Shown piece after piece: positions 10,097-19,915 of a stretch of 64,000 bases of DNA. This stretch comes from Alphaproteobacteria bacterium (GTDB taxonomy: Bacteria > Pseudomonadota > Alphaproteobacteria > Rs-D84), in the NCBI GenBank assembly GCA_017535105.1, contig JAFXUI010000001.1, positions 174,612 through 238,611 on the forward strand, written 5' to 3'. The position numbers and the translations under genes are program-made. Within the stretch, counting starts at the first letter, position 1; each line of letters starts with the position of its first letter. Below the pieces are notes generated by a model that saw nothing but the letters and a program-made list of their open reading frames with translations, was not told where the DNA came from and did no database searches.

Positions 10097-10124
10097 TTGC
10101 AAAATTAAAATGTTGTTTTATAAT
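10097..10124 (+). promoter_or_regulatory. sigma70-type promoter upstream of greA
   Basis: TTGCAA (10097-10102), 16-nt spacer, TATAAT (10119-10124), about 29 nt upstream of the greA ATG. Confidence 0.5.
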
Positions 10125-10152
10125 TGCGGGGTAAAAATAAACAGGAAGTAAA

Positions 10153-10623
10153 ATGGAAAAGTATCCAATATCACGGGCGGGGTTTGATGCCTTGGTCAAA
10201 GAATTGAAAGATTTGAAAGAGGTGCAACGTCCAGAAATCCTTAAAACTGTCCAATGGGCGCGCAGTTTGGGCGATTTGTCTGAAAATGCTGATTACAGCG
10301 CGGCCAAGGAAAAGCAACGCCAAATTGATAAACGTATCCAGTTTATCGAAGGTGTTATCGCAAACGCGTCTATTGTTGACGTGGACAGTCTGTCGGGCAA
10401 TCGTGTCGTGTTTGGGGCGCGTGTTGTTGCCGAAGACGAAGACGGTAATAAAATGCAGTGCCGTATTTTGTCGGATATCGAAGCCGATGGTAAAATGGTA
10501 ATCTCTTGTACTTCGCCGGTTGGTCGTGCGATGATTGGTCGCTGTGTTGGTGATACGTGTATCGTTAAATTGCCAAGTGGTGAAAAAGAATATGAAATTC
10601 TGGAAGTAAAATTCAAAGAATAA
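10153..10623 (+). CDS. greA: transcription elongation factor GreA
   Basis: 156 aa. LKELKDLKEVQRPEILKTVQWARSLGDLSENADYSAAKEKQ is the canonical GreA coiled-coil motif. Confidence 0.95.
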   Translation: MEKYPISRAGFDALVKELKDLKEVQRPEILKTVQWARSLGDLSENADYSAAKEKQRQIDKRIQFIEGVIANASIVDVDSLSGNRVVFGARVVAEDEDGNKMQCRILSDIEADGKMVISCTSPVGRAMIGRCVGDTCIVKLPSGEKEYEILEVKFKE

Positions 10624-10629
10624 TTAAAT

Positions 10630-12369
10630 ATGCCCGTACGTGTTTTACCCGATTTTTTGGTAAATCAAATTGCCGCAGGTGAGGTTGTTGAACGGCCCGC
10701 GTCTGTGGTCAAAGAATTGGTGGAAAATGCGCTGGACGCGGGTGCCGATGAAATTGTGATTGATATTGTTGATGGGGGGCGCACCCTGGTTTCCGTGATT
10801 GATAACGGGTCTGGAATGTCGCGTGATGATTTGTCCCGCGCAATAATGCGGCATGCGACATCTAAATTACCCGATGATAATTTACAAAACATTTCTTATA
10901 TGGGTTTTCGTGGTGAAGCGTTGCCGTCAATTGCGTCTGTATCCGATATGACAATTGATACGTGTAATGGTTTGGAAGAGAATGGTTGGCACATGGATTG
11001 TACGACAACCGATATTCGACCATCTGATTGGGAATCGGGAACACGTATTCGTGTTGAAAACTTGTTTGCGAAAACGCCGGCGCGATTAAAGTTTTTGCGT
11101 TCTGACCGCGCCGAAATGATGTCGGTGTTGGACGTTGTAAAACGTTTGGCAATGGCACGCGGGGACGTTGGCTTTACATTAAATAATAAATGGCGTTTTC
11201 CGAAAAATCAGTCACTGGCGGACAGAATTGTCGCCGTTATGGGTGATGATGTTGCAGGGCAAATGTTGACAGTTGATGCGACGTCGGCTTCATCAAATAT
11301 GCATCTGCATGGTTTTATATCCAAGCCAACATTACGACGTGCGACATCGGTTGACCAGTTTTTGTTTGTAAACAATCGTCCAGTAAATGACAAGGTTTTA
11401 ATTGGCGCATTACGTGCCGCATATATGGACGTTATGCATGCGCGTGAGTTTCCGTTGTGCGCGTTATATTTGGATATTGATTCCGCGGCGGTGGACGTAA
11501 ATGTTTCGCCGGCAAAAACCGAAGTGCATTTTTTGGAACCAAACCATGTGCGTGCATTTATTATAAAATCACTGCGTGACACTTTGGCAAAAACGATGAA
11601 CGAGACGGTTGTACAAAACACTGCAACCCCAGGAAACAATGCACATACAGAAAAATTACAGTTTAATATTCCGCCGGTATCATCGTGGCATGTTTCAGAT
11701 AAAAAGACAGCCAATTGGATAACAGATACATTTAATCGGGCGCCAGATGGGAACGTAAAACCGTTTGAATCGGAATTAAAGTCGGGTGATGATAATACAA
11801 CCGATTTACCGTTGGGTCGTGTGATTGGTCAAATTGGTAATAAGTATATTTTGGCGTGGTCTGGTGAAAACCTGGTTATTGTTGACCAGCATGCCGCGCA
11901 CGAACGCATAACATATGAACGGTTGCGTCGGCATACGATTAAAACACAGCCACTTCTTACGCCGATTGTTGTGAATTTGCGTACCGAAGATGTTATGGCG
12001 GTAATGACGATTTCCAATGAATTACGCGATTCGGGGTTGCATGTTGATACGTTTGGTGATGATGCAATTGCGATTTTTGAAAAGCCAGCCGATTGGGATA
12101 TGGACTGGGGTGCGGTATTACATGATATCGCAGATGAGGTTCGTGCCAACGGTCATTCATCGGAATTACAAGAAAAGTTGCACTTGAAATTGGCAAATTA
12201 CGCATGCCATCACAGCGTGCGTGCCGGGCAAAAGTTGGATTTTGCCCAAATGGACGCATTACTTCGCGACATTGAAAATACAACGCGCGGGGGCGAATGC
12301 AACCATGGCCGGCCGGTGTATAAATTTATACCGCTGACCGAAATAGACGGGTGGTTTGAACGTATTTAA
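10630..12369 (+). CDS. mutL: DNA mismatch repair protein MutL
   Basis: 579 aa. GHKL ATPase N-terminus NQIAAGEVVERPASVVKELVENALDAGA, DNGSGM, and C-terminal dimerisation region. Confidence 0.95.
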   Translation: MPVRVLPDFLVNQIAAGEVVERPASVVKELVENALDAGADEIVIDIVDGGRTLVSVIDNGSGMSRDDLSRAIMRHATSKLPDDNLQNISYMGFRGEALPSIASVSDMTIDTCNGLEENGWHMDCTTTDIRPSDWESGTRIRVENLFAKTPARLKFLRSDRAEMMSVLDVVKRLAMARGDVGFTLNNKWRFPKNQSLADRIVAVMGDDVAGQMLTVDATSASSNMHLHGFISKPTLRRATSVDQFLFVNNRPVNDKVLIGALRAAYMDVMHAREFPLCALYLDIDSAAVDVNVSPAKTEVHFLEPNHVRAFIIKSLRDTLAKTMNETVVQNTATPGNNAHTEKLQFNIPPVSSWHVSDKKTANWITDTFNRAPDGNVKPFESELKSGDDNTTDLPLGRVIGQIGNKYILAWSGENLVIVDQHAAHERITYERLRRHTIKTQPLLTPIVVNLRTEDVMAVMTISNELRDSGLHVDTFGDDAIAIFEKPADWDMDWGAVLHDIADEVRANGHSSELQEKLHLKLANYACHHSVRAGQKLDFAQMDALLRDIENTTRGGECNHGRPVYKFIPLTEIDGWFERI

Positions 12370-12459
12370 TGGGGCGGGATGGTGGCGCTTTTTGTGCTTT
12401 ACACTTGGGGGATTTTTTACTATTCTGAACACCATAAATAAAAGACAAGGAGAAAAACA

Positions 12460-12756
12460 ATGGAACCATCTGTGGACAGTGCGGTAAATGTTGCACAAAC
12501 CGGCAATACGTGGGGTATGATTTTATACTGTGCGGTTGTGTTTGGTATAATATATCTGCTTATTGTGCGCCCAAATAAAAAGCGCATGGCTGAATATCAA
12601 AAAATGCTTGATTCTTTAAAGGTTGGCAATCGTGTTTTGGCGGCCGGTATTTATGGTACGATTAAGAAAATCGGCGAAACAACAATCGATGTTGAAATTG
12701 CAAAGGGTGTTGTTGTTGAGGTTAGCAAGAACGCTGTTGCAGGTGTTGAAAAGTAA
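12460..12756 (+). CDS. yajC: preprotein translocase subunit YajC
   Basis: 98 aa. One TM helix then VRPNKKRMAEYQKMLDSLKVGNRVLAAGIYGTIKKI. Lies immediately upstream of secD-secF. Confidence 0.9.
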   Translation: MEPSVDSAVNVAQTGNTWGMILYCAVVFGIIYLLIVRPNKKRMAEYQKMLDSLKVGNRVLAAGIYGTIKKIGETTIDVEIAKGVVVEVSKNAVAGVEK

Positions 12757-12774
12757 GGTAAAGGGGTACGTGTT

Positions 12775-14343
12775 ATGTTTAAAAAGTTAGCAATAGTTTT
12801 TGTTGCAGTGTTTGGGGTTTTGCTGGCGGTGCCAACAATATCGCCAAGTTTGGCGCCATATTTCCCGGGTTGGATTAAACCTGTGCCACTGGGTTTGGAC
12901 TTGAAGGGTGGTGCCCAGTTGTTGTTGGAAGTTGATACGGCAACAATGTTCAAGGATAAATCAAACCAGTTGTATGATGAGGTACGCAGTGCTCTTATCG
13001 ACAGAAACAAGGGTATTATTCGTTACGCAGATTTAAGAAATAGTGACGGTGTTGTTTCGTTCAAGGTACGTGATAGTGACGATATTTCTAAGGCTAAGGG
13101 TCGTCTGCGTGGCGTGTTGGGTAATACGGTTGATGTGGAATCATCGGGCGATGTTATTAAATTGTCTTATTCTGATAAGCAAAAAGAAGAGATGATCCAA
13201 GATGCGTTGGCACGTAGTATCGAAATTGTTCGCCGCCGTGTTGATGCGTTGGGAACCAAGGAACCATCAATTCAATCCCAGGGTGGAAAATATATTTTGA
13301 TTCAGTTGCCCGGTGTTGATAACCCGGAACACATCAAAGAACTTATCGGTCAGACGGCAAAAATGACTTTCCATTTGGTAAATGAAAATGTATCGCCAGA
13401 ACAAATTGCATCTGGTCGTGCGCCCAGTGGAACCGACTTGTTGCCATATATGGATATGCCGGGCCAGGTTGTGCCGGTTTATTCCCGTATCGAAGTTTCT
13501 GGTGAATCACTGAAAGATTCCCAGGCGGACTTTGATCAAAACAATATGCCGGTTGTGACAACGGTGTTTGATGCGGCTGGTGCGCGTAAGTTTGCAAAAC
13601 TTACAACTGAACACGTGAACGAACGTTTCGCGATTGTGTTGGACGGCAAGGTTTTGTCGGCGCCAAATATTCGTGAACCAATTCCGGGTGGCCGTGGTCA
13701 AATTTCCGGTGGCTTTACACTGCAAGGCGCAAAAGATTTAGCGGTCTTGTTGCGTTCGGGTGCATTGCCGGCACCACTTACCGTTATCGAAGAACGTACC
13801 GTTGGTGCGGGATTGGGTGCGGACACGATTGCATCTGGTAAAATCGGCTCGGCGGTTGGTGTATTACTTATTATGTTGTATATGTTTATGATATATGGCG
13901 CGTTTGGTTTAATTGCTGATACGGTATTGTTGGTGAACCTTGCTATGATTGTTGGTGTTTCGGCACTGTTTGGTGCAACGCTGACGTTACCTGGTATTGC
14001 CGGTATCGTGTTGACATTGGGTATGGCGGTTGACGCGAACATCTTGCCTTTTGAACGTATACGCGATGAAATACGCGCGGGAACACCAACACTGCGTGCG
14101 GTTGATTTGGGTTTCCATCGTTCGAACAAGGCGGTTTTGGACGGTGAATTAACAAACCTTATCTGTGCGTTAATTTTGTTCCAATTTGGTGCCGGCCCAA
14201 TTCGTGGTTTTGCTGTTACATTATCAATCGGTGTTATGACAACTTTGTTCACATGTATTGTGTTAAGTAAGGTTATCATTGATTGGTATATGGGTGGCAA
14301 AAACAGAAAAATTGGTTATGCCAACAGAAAAGTTATTATGTAG
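12775..14343 (+). CDS. secD: protein translocase subunit SecD
   Basis: 522 aa. LGLDLKGGAQLLLEV, large periplasmic domain, C-terminal six-TM region (TLPGIAGIVLTLGMAVDANIL). Confidence 0.95.
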   Translation: MFKKLAIVFVAVFGVLLAVPTISPSLAPYFPGWIKPVPLGLDLKGGAQLLLEVDTATMFKDKSNQLYDEVRSALIDRNKGIIRYADLRNSDGVVSFKVRDSDDISKAKGRLRGVLGNTVDVESSGDVIKLSYSDKQKEEMIQDALARSIEIVRRRVDALGTKEPSIQSQGGKYILIQLPGVDNPEHIKELIGQTAKMTFHLVNENVSPEQIASGRAPSGTDLLPYMDMPGQVVPVYSRIEVSGESLKDSQADFDQNNMPVVTTVFDAAGARKFAKLTTEHVNERFAIVLDGKVLSAPNIREPIPGGRGQISGGFTLQGAKDLAVLLRSGALPAPLTVIEERTVGAGLGADTIASGKIGSAVGVLLIMLYMFMIYGAFGLIADTVLLVNLAMIVGVSALFGATLTLPGIAGIVLTLGMAVDANILPFERIRDEIRAGTPTLRAVDLGFHRSNKAVLDGELTNLICALILFQFGAGPIRGFAVTLSIGVMTTLFTCIVLSKVIIDWYMGGKNRKIGYANRKVIM

Positions 14344-14370
14344 GAAAAAGTAAATGCAAAGGGGAAAATT

Positions 14371-15234
14371 ATGAAACTGCATTTTATGAAATATCGTAAA
14401 TTATCGTACTGGATTTCAGGTGCGCTGGTTATATTGTCTGTGTTAATGTTGTTGTTTAAGGGATTGAACTATGGCATTGATTTTGCTGGTGGTATTTCGA
14501 TGGAGGTTACACCAGTAAATGCCGAATTCACCATCGATAAGATGCGTGCAGAGTTGGCCCAGTTTTCGCCAGAATTACAGGAAATTGACGGTAACGCAAT
14601 TTTGGTGCGCGTTGGTTTGCCAAAGGGTTCAACCGACACAATGCAAAATGAACGCGTCCGTGAAATCAAAGATATTTTGGGCGAAAACGTAAAGTATGAC
14701 CAGGTACAAATCGTTGGACCAAAAATTGGTGGCGAATTAGTGCGTGGCGGTATTTGGGCGATTTTGGTTTCGTTTATGTTGATGAGTGTGTACATCTGGA
14801 TTCGCTATCGTGGTGGTTATGCCGTTGGTTCGTTTGTATCGTTATTGTTGGACTTTGTGTTGATGTTCGGGTTCTTTTCGATTATGGGACTGGAATTCAA
14901 CCAGACGGCAATTGCGGTTATCTTGATGGGTATTGGTTATTCTATTAATGATAAGGTTGTGAACTATGACCGTATTGATGAAAACATCAAAAAGTACCAC
15001 AAGATGCCAATGGACGATTTGATTGACTTGTCTGTGAACGAAATGTTGTCGCGTACTTTGCGGACCAGTATTTCGACCATTTTGGCATTGGTTGGTTTGT
15101 ACATATTTGGTGGGCAAATGTTGCAAGAATTTGCAATCGCTATGACATTCTCTATTGTTATGGGAACGTTGACCAGTATTTATATCTCGAACGTTATTTT
15201 GTATCACTTTAATTTGCGTGAAACAAAATATTAA
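14371..15234 (+). CDS. secF: protein translocase subunit SecF
   Basis: 287 aa. GLNYGIDFAGGISMEV and a SecF TM core, directly after secD. Confidence 0.95.
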   Translation: MKLHFMKYRKLSYWISGALVILSVLMLLFKGLNYGIDFAGGISMEVTPVNAEFTIDKMRAELAQFSPELQEIDGNAILVRVGLPKGSTDTMQNERVREIKDILGENVKYDQVQIVGPKIGGELVRGGIWAILVSFMLMSVYIWIRYRGGYAVGSFVSLLLDFVLMFGFFSIMGLEFNQTAIAVILMGIGYSINDKVVNYDRIDENIKKYHKMPMDDLIDLSVNEMLSRTLRTSISTILALVGLYIFGGQMLQEFAIAMTFSIVMGTLTSIYISNVILYHFNLRETKY

Positions 15235-15266
15235 AGAGCAGAAAGATAAAAGCAGGGAGGGCGCAT

Positions 15267-16778
15267 ATGAAAATACAAAATCTATTTAAGGTATTGGCGA
15301 TTTGTTCGCTGGTGTTTGGTGCGACCCCCGCGATGTCTGATGGGTTGTTTTTTGAAGACGAACCCGTCCAAGACGGTCTGCGTGTTTTCGATATGTCCAA
15401 GACCTTTGCCGATATTTATGAAAAACTTGATTCTGTGAAATGGGGTGGCAAAAGCATAAATGTCGCGATTGAAGGGTTGGAAAACCTGAATAAAAACGCA
15501 CATATTGCGGCGACCGATGAACGTGTTGTTTTGGTTTGGGGCGATTCAATTATTGGAAACTTTCCGCGTCCCGCACCACGTGATTGGAATGGTTTTGGTG
15601 AAATCACAACCGCGTTGGTATTAAAGTTGCGGGCGAACGACCCATATTTACATTCGGTTTCTGAAAGCGAGATTTACCAGTTGGTTATGGACGCGTTAAT
15701 GCGTGGGGTTGATGAACGTGGACGTTATATCTTTTCACGTGCCGCCGAAGTGTTGGAAGATGGTCGCGTGCTTACATCGGTGGGTTTGAATGGTGTGCGT
15801 GATGAACGTGGTAATTTCCGTGTGCATGGTGTGTTCAAGGGGTCACCGGCCGATGCTGCGGGCATTCATATTGGTGATTTAATTTCACACATCAATGGTG
15901 TGGCGGTTGCAGAAATGTCAGATGCGGAATTGGAATCTGTAATGGATGGGTTTAATTCGGGTACGGCAAAAATAAAACTTGTTACGCCGTCTGGAAATCG
16001 TGATGTTGTGTTACGGCGCGCAACCGTTGTGTTGGCAGATGCGGACATTGTTCATCGGTCTTCAAGCAATACAGAAGTTTTGGAAATCATTATTCATAAT
16101 GTATCAAATGGCGCCGTTTCAATTGTGAATGAGGCTTTGGCGAAATATCCAAACTTGGACGGTATTGTGTTAGATTTGCGTGTAGCAAATGGTGATGATG
16201 AACGTGCAGCAGCAAAATTGGCGGGGCTGTTTGTTGGTCAAGAACCGGTAATGCGAATTGCACAAACCGCGTATGAAGAGGTTGAAGTTATCCCCGGCAG
16301 TAATGCCGTGACGAAAGTCCCCGTGGTTGTGTTAATGTCGGATATGACGCGTGGCACGGCCGAAGCAATCGCATCGGCGTTTTATGAAAATCAGCGTGGT
16401 GTTTTGGTTGGAACACCAACGGCGGGTTTGGCACGAATTGCGACACGTATTGATTTGGATAATGGTGGTGCGCTGGAGATTATGAACAAGTCAATCAAGA
16501 CGGGTTCGGGGCGCAATATTGACGGACGTGGTGTGTTCCCAATCGTATGTTTATCGAATATTCGTTCATCGCAACAACAAAACGCGTTTTTCTTGAACGT
16601 TATAAACGATAACTTTAATGCCCAAGACTTTAATAAACAGACGGATGTTGATGCGGACGCTATACGGCGTGGTTGCCCAAAAATTACAAGTGGCGCAGAT
16701 GAAGATTCGTTATCTGCGGCGGTTGCGGCAAAAATATTGACCGACAAAAAAATATACAATCGTCTGATTATGGAATAA
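15267..16778 (+). CDS. S41 (Ctp/Prc-type) peptidase-like periplasmic protein with PDZ domain, probably non-catalytic
   Basis: 503 aa. Signal peptide, PDZ (GVFKGSPADAAGIHIGDLISHINGV), S41 core (GIVLDLRVANGDD). The catalytic Ser/Lys positions read Gly/Leu in my manual alignment (see findings). Confidence 0.7.
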   Translation: MKIQNLFKVLAICSLVFGATPAMSDGLFFEDEPVQDGLRVFDMSKTFADIYEKLDSVKWGGKSINVAIEGLENLNKNAHIAATDERVVLVWGDSIIGNFPRPAPRDWNGFGEITTALVLKLRANDPYLHSVSESEIYQLVMDALMRGVDERGRYIFSRAAEVLEDGRVLTSVGLNGVRDERGNFRVHGVFKGSPADAAGIHIGDLISHINGVAVAEMSDAELESVMDGFNSGTAKIKLVTPSGNRDVVLRRATVVLADADIVHRSSSNTEVLEIIIHNVSNGAVSIVNEALAKYPNLDGIVLDLRVANGDDERAAAKLAGLFVGQEPVMRIAQTAYEEVEVIPGSNAVTKVPVVVLMSDMTRGTAEAIASAFYENQRGVLVGTPTAGLARIATRIDLDNGGALEIMNKSIKTGSGRNIDGRGVFPIVCLSNIRSSQQQNAFFLNVINDNFNAQDFNKQTDVDADAIRRGCPKITSGADEDSLSAAVAAKILTDKKIYNRLIME

Positions 16779-16788
16779 GGGGCAAAAT

Positions 16789-17505
16789 ATGTTTTTGACA
16801 CCAGATAATAAATTAAAGTCAAAATGGATTTTATGGGGTGCGGTTATAACAGCTGCACTTATCGTGTTGGGAATTGCTGGATTGGATAAAATTTTGTATG
16901 TCGCAATTCATAATCCAAAGTGTGATATATGGGGTATGGGCGGTGGTTTTCTGTGTTCGGTCGCATTCATTCTGGGACGGGTGTTTCGGGCGCATATCGT
17001 ATTGCCATTGGTGTTTATTGCGTTTTTGGTGATTTTTATAAAAAAGACACTTGTTTCAGGTATAAAATATAAAAACGCAAAGCAACAGTTTAGCTTAATC
17101 GTGGTCGCCAAAGACTTTATATCCAAGGTACGAACAAATTATGGTTTTTTAATTTTTTCATCTATATTTGTGGCAAGTTTTGTAACCAAGTTCCTTAAAA
17201 TTTTTATTGGTCGTTTACGTCCGATATTTTTTGAGGCACTTGGGATCACTGGGTTCCGTCCTTTTTCATATGATTGGGCACTGACGTCTATGCCATCGGG
17301 GCATACAACGGTGGCATTTGCAGGGTTAATTATGGCGGGTATGTTGGCGCCCAAGATTAAGCCGTATACATGGACATTGGCGATAATTGTTGGTCTGTCG
17401 CGTGTGTATATTGGGGCACATTGGCCGTCCGATGTAATTTTCGGGGCATTTATCGGTATGATTGCCGCAGACGTGGTAAAATGGCTGGCTTTTCGACATA
17501 AATAA
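16789..17505 (+). CDS. PAP2-superfamily membrane phosphatase
   Basis: 238 aa. All three PAP2 motifs are present: KIFIGRLRP, PSGH, SRVYIGAHWPSD. Multiple TM helices. Confidence 0.85.
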   Translation: MFLTPDNKLKSKWILWGAVITAALIVLGIAGLDKILYVAIHNPKCDIWGMGGGFLCSVAFILGRVFRAHIVLPLVFIAFLVIFIKKTLVSGIKYKNAKQQFSLIVVAKDFISKVRTNYGFLIFSSIFVASFVTKFLKIFIGRLRPIFFEALGITGFRPFSYDWALTSMPSGHTTVAFAGLIMAGMLAPKIKPYTWTLAIIVGLSRVYIGAHWPSDVIFGAFIGMIAADVVKWLAFRHK

Positions 17506-17506
17506 A

Positions 17507-17535
17507 ATAACCGCCATATCGGCGGTTTTATTTTC
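17507..17535 (+). terminator. intrinsic terminator after PAP2 gene
   Basis: AACCGCC-ATATC-GGCGGTT followed by TTTATTTT. Confidence 0.7.
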
Positions 17536-17562
17536 TAACACTTTTGTCTTTTTTATGATAAA

Positions 17563-19806
17563 ATGCATCTTATGAAATCAAAACCAAAGTTTTTGCCAGA
17601 TAATGTTTCGGGTGCGTTAAAGACAATGTTTTTGCGTGCTTGTGGCGCGGTCATATTATTAATCGGCTTTTGGGCACTGGGCGCCTTGATATTTTCTAAT
17701 TCGTTGCTTGACGGTTTTGCGTGTGCCAGTACGTTCGGCGCACAATCGTTTATGGGAAACATTGTCGGCTTTATAAGATATATGATTGGGTTTATACCAA
17801 CTGCATTCCTTATATTATGTACAATGCGGTGGGGTGCATCACTGGCATTACAGTGGGAGGCTGAATATGCCCCCGAATATAATATATTACGCGGGTTTAT
17901 CGCGGTGTGCGCGGGCGCGGCGGCATTTGGAATAATTGCGCCATCGTCAACGTTTGGTGGATTGGCCGGCGCGATTGTGGCTTCTGATATAGCATCACTT
18001 ATCGGTGGTTGGGGTATTATAATTGGTTTATTGTTCTTGGCACTGTTTGTTTTAATGTCGGCGATGCTACTGCATATAAAGTGGACACATGTTCAGTCGT
18101 TGGCGTTATCAACGTGGCGTGGTGTGCGATGGGTATTAGCGCTGTTCCACCTGGTCCAGCCGGCCGAGGCAGATGAAGAATACGAAGAAGAATACGAAGA
18201 AGAAACGGACGGGGAAGAAGACGAAGAAGGCGAAGACGAGGAAGAAGAAAAACCAAAACGCAAATCGCGTGCAACAAGAAAACGCGCCACCGTCAAGACC
18301 GAACCGGGTGAATATGAATTGCCCGACCCAATGTTCTTGGAAGCATCTAACTTTGGTAAAAATGTTGTTACCCCAGAAATGAAAAAGAATGCCACCGCGA
18401 TGGAGGGTTATTTTTCGACTTATAACATACATGGTCGTGTGACGGGAATTCGTCCGGGACCGATTGTCACGCTGTATGAATTTTTGCCCGAAGAGGGCAC
18501 ACGTATCAAAGATGTTAAAAAGACCGTTGACGATATGACACGTGTTATGGCGGCGGAAAATATCCGTATTGCTCATATTCCATCGACCCAGTTGATTGGT
18601 GTTGAAATGGCAAATTTGAATCGGCAAATGGTGCGGTTCCAAGGGCTTGTCGGGAACGAGGTGTTTATTGAATCTAAATATAAAATACCGCTTGCGCTGG
18701 GTGTGGATATTGGTGGCAACCCGATGTATTTTGATTTGGCAAAAATGCCACACATGTTGATTGCGGGTCGTACGGGATCTGGTAAATCGGTGTTCGTTCA
18801 GTCGATTATTACGTCCATTGTTTATCACTTTACACCCGATAAGTGTAAGATGATTATTATCGATCCAAAGGGCTCCGATTTTGGTTTCTGGGACGATATA
18901 CCGCACCTTATTACACCAATTGTGAAAAATAGTCCGGAATCTGCAGTTAATGCACTTAAATGGGCGGTGCGTGAAATGGACGACAGATATAAACAATTAC
19001 AAATGGTAAATGCCCGTAATATTGAAACATATAACGAGATTATGGCGGACAAACGTGCCAAGGGCGAAACACTTACACACCAGGTTGCAATCGGTACAGA
19101 TGAAGAAACGGGCGAATTATTATTCGAAACCCAAGAAGTCGATATGTCCGATATGCCGTATATCGTGATTATTATTGATGAGGTTGCAGACCTTATGGCG
19201 TTGGCACGTAAAGATGTTGAAACATGTGTCCAACGTATCGCACAAAAGGCACGTGCGGCGGGTATCCACCTTGTCATGGCGACCCAGCGACCAGATACAA
19301 CTGTTATTACTGGAACTATTAAATCAAACTTTCCAACACGTGTTTCGTTCCAGGCGCGCAGTGCAATTGACTCTATGACCACGTTGGGTGAAAAGGGCGC
19401 AGAACAATTGTTGGCATGTGGTGATATGTTGTTCAGTGATGCGGGGCGTGTTCCGGTGCGTATCCATGGCGCATTTATTTCAGATGATGAATTAAAACGC
19501 ATTGGCGAATTCTTGCGTTCCCAGGCAGAACCAGAATATGTATCTGGGGTTGTTGATGGTGTTGATGAATCTGGTGAAGCGGGTGGTGCGGCGATTGGTG
19601 GTGCACCCGGGGGCAAGGGCGGAAAGTATGACGAGTTATATGCCCAGGCGGTTGAAATCGTCCGGCGCGATAAAAAGACATCTGGTTCATATCTGCAACG
19701 CAGATTGGGTATTGGCTATAACAAGGCTGCGACATTGATTGAACGAATGGAAGCAGAGGGTATTTTAAGTGCGCCCGATGCCAATAATAAAAGACATATA
19801 TTATAA
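17563..19806 (+). CDS. ftsK: DNA translocase FtsK
   Basis: 747 aa. N-terminal TM helices, acidic/basic linker (EADEEYEEEYEEETDGEEDEEGEDEEEEKPKRK), motor domain with Walker A GRTGSGKS, C-terminal winged-helix gamma domain (SGSYLQRRLGIGYNKAATLIERME). Confidence 0.95.
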   Translation: MHLMKSKPKFLPDNVSGALKTMFLRACGAVILLIGFWALGALIFSNSLLDGFACASTFGAQSFMGNIVGFIRYMIGFIPTAFLILCTMRWGASLALQWEAEYAPEYNILRGFIAVCAGAAAFGIIAPSSTFGGLAGAIVASDIASLIGGWGIIIGLLFLALFVLMSAMLLHIKWTHVQSLALSTWRGVRWVLALFHLVQPAEADEEYEEEYEEETDGEEDEEGEDEEEEKPKRKSRATRKRATVKTEPGEYELPDPMFLEASNFGKNVVTPEMKKNATAMEGYFSTYNIHGRVTGIRPGPIVTLYEFLPEEGTRIKDVKKTVDDMTRVMAAENIRIAHIPSTQLIGVEMANLNRQMVRFQGLVGNEVFIESKYKIPLALGVDIGGNPMYFDLAKMPHMLIAGRTGSGKSVFVQSIITSIVYHFTPDKCKMIIIDPKGSDFGFWDDIPHLITPIVKNSPESAVNALKWAVREMDDRYKQLQMVNARNIETYNEIMADKRAKGETLTHQVAIGTDEETGELLFETQEVDMSDMPYIVIIIDEVADLMALARKDVETCVQRIAQKARAAGIHLVMATQRPDTTVITGTIKSNFPTRVSFQARSAIDSMTTLGEKGAEQLLACGDMLFSDAGRVPVRIHGAFISDDELKRIGEFLRSQAEPEYVSGVVDGVDESGEAGGAAIGGAPGGKGGKYDELYAQAVEIVRRDKKTSGSYLQRRLGIGYNKAATLIERMEAEGILSAPDANNKRHIL

Positions 19807-19831
19807 AAAACCGGCATAAGCCGGTTTTTTG
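19805..19831 (+). terminator. intrinsic terminator after ftsK
   Basis: AAAAAACCGGC-ATAA-GCCGGTTTTTT. Confidence 0.75.
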
Positions 19832-19915
19832 TCCTATAAAATTTTTTGTACTTTCAACTTTTTTTGTCGGTTTTTTTATGATATAATCTTTTTATAATAA
19901 AGGAGAAAATATATT

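Noticed and set aside
13698-14300. 200-aa minus-strand ORF
   Set aside because: Antisense to the secD TM region. Shadow ORF.
18166-18250. GAA/GAC-rich tandem-like repeat
   Set aside because: It encodes the acidic EADEEYEEEYEEETDGEEDEEGEDEEEE linker of FtsK. It is in frame and is not a microsatellite locus, CRISPR or mobile repeat.
18136-19616. 286-aa and 263-aa minus-strand ORFs
   Set aside because: Antisense shadows of the ftsK motor domain, with no independent signals.
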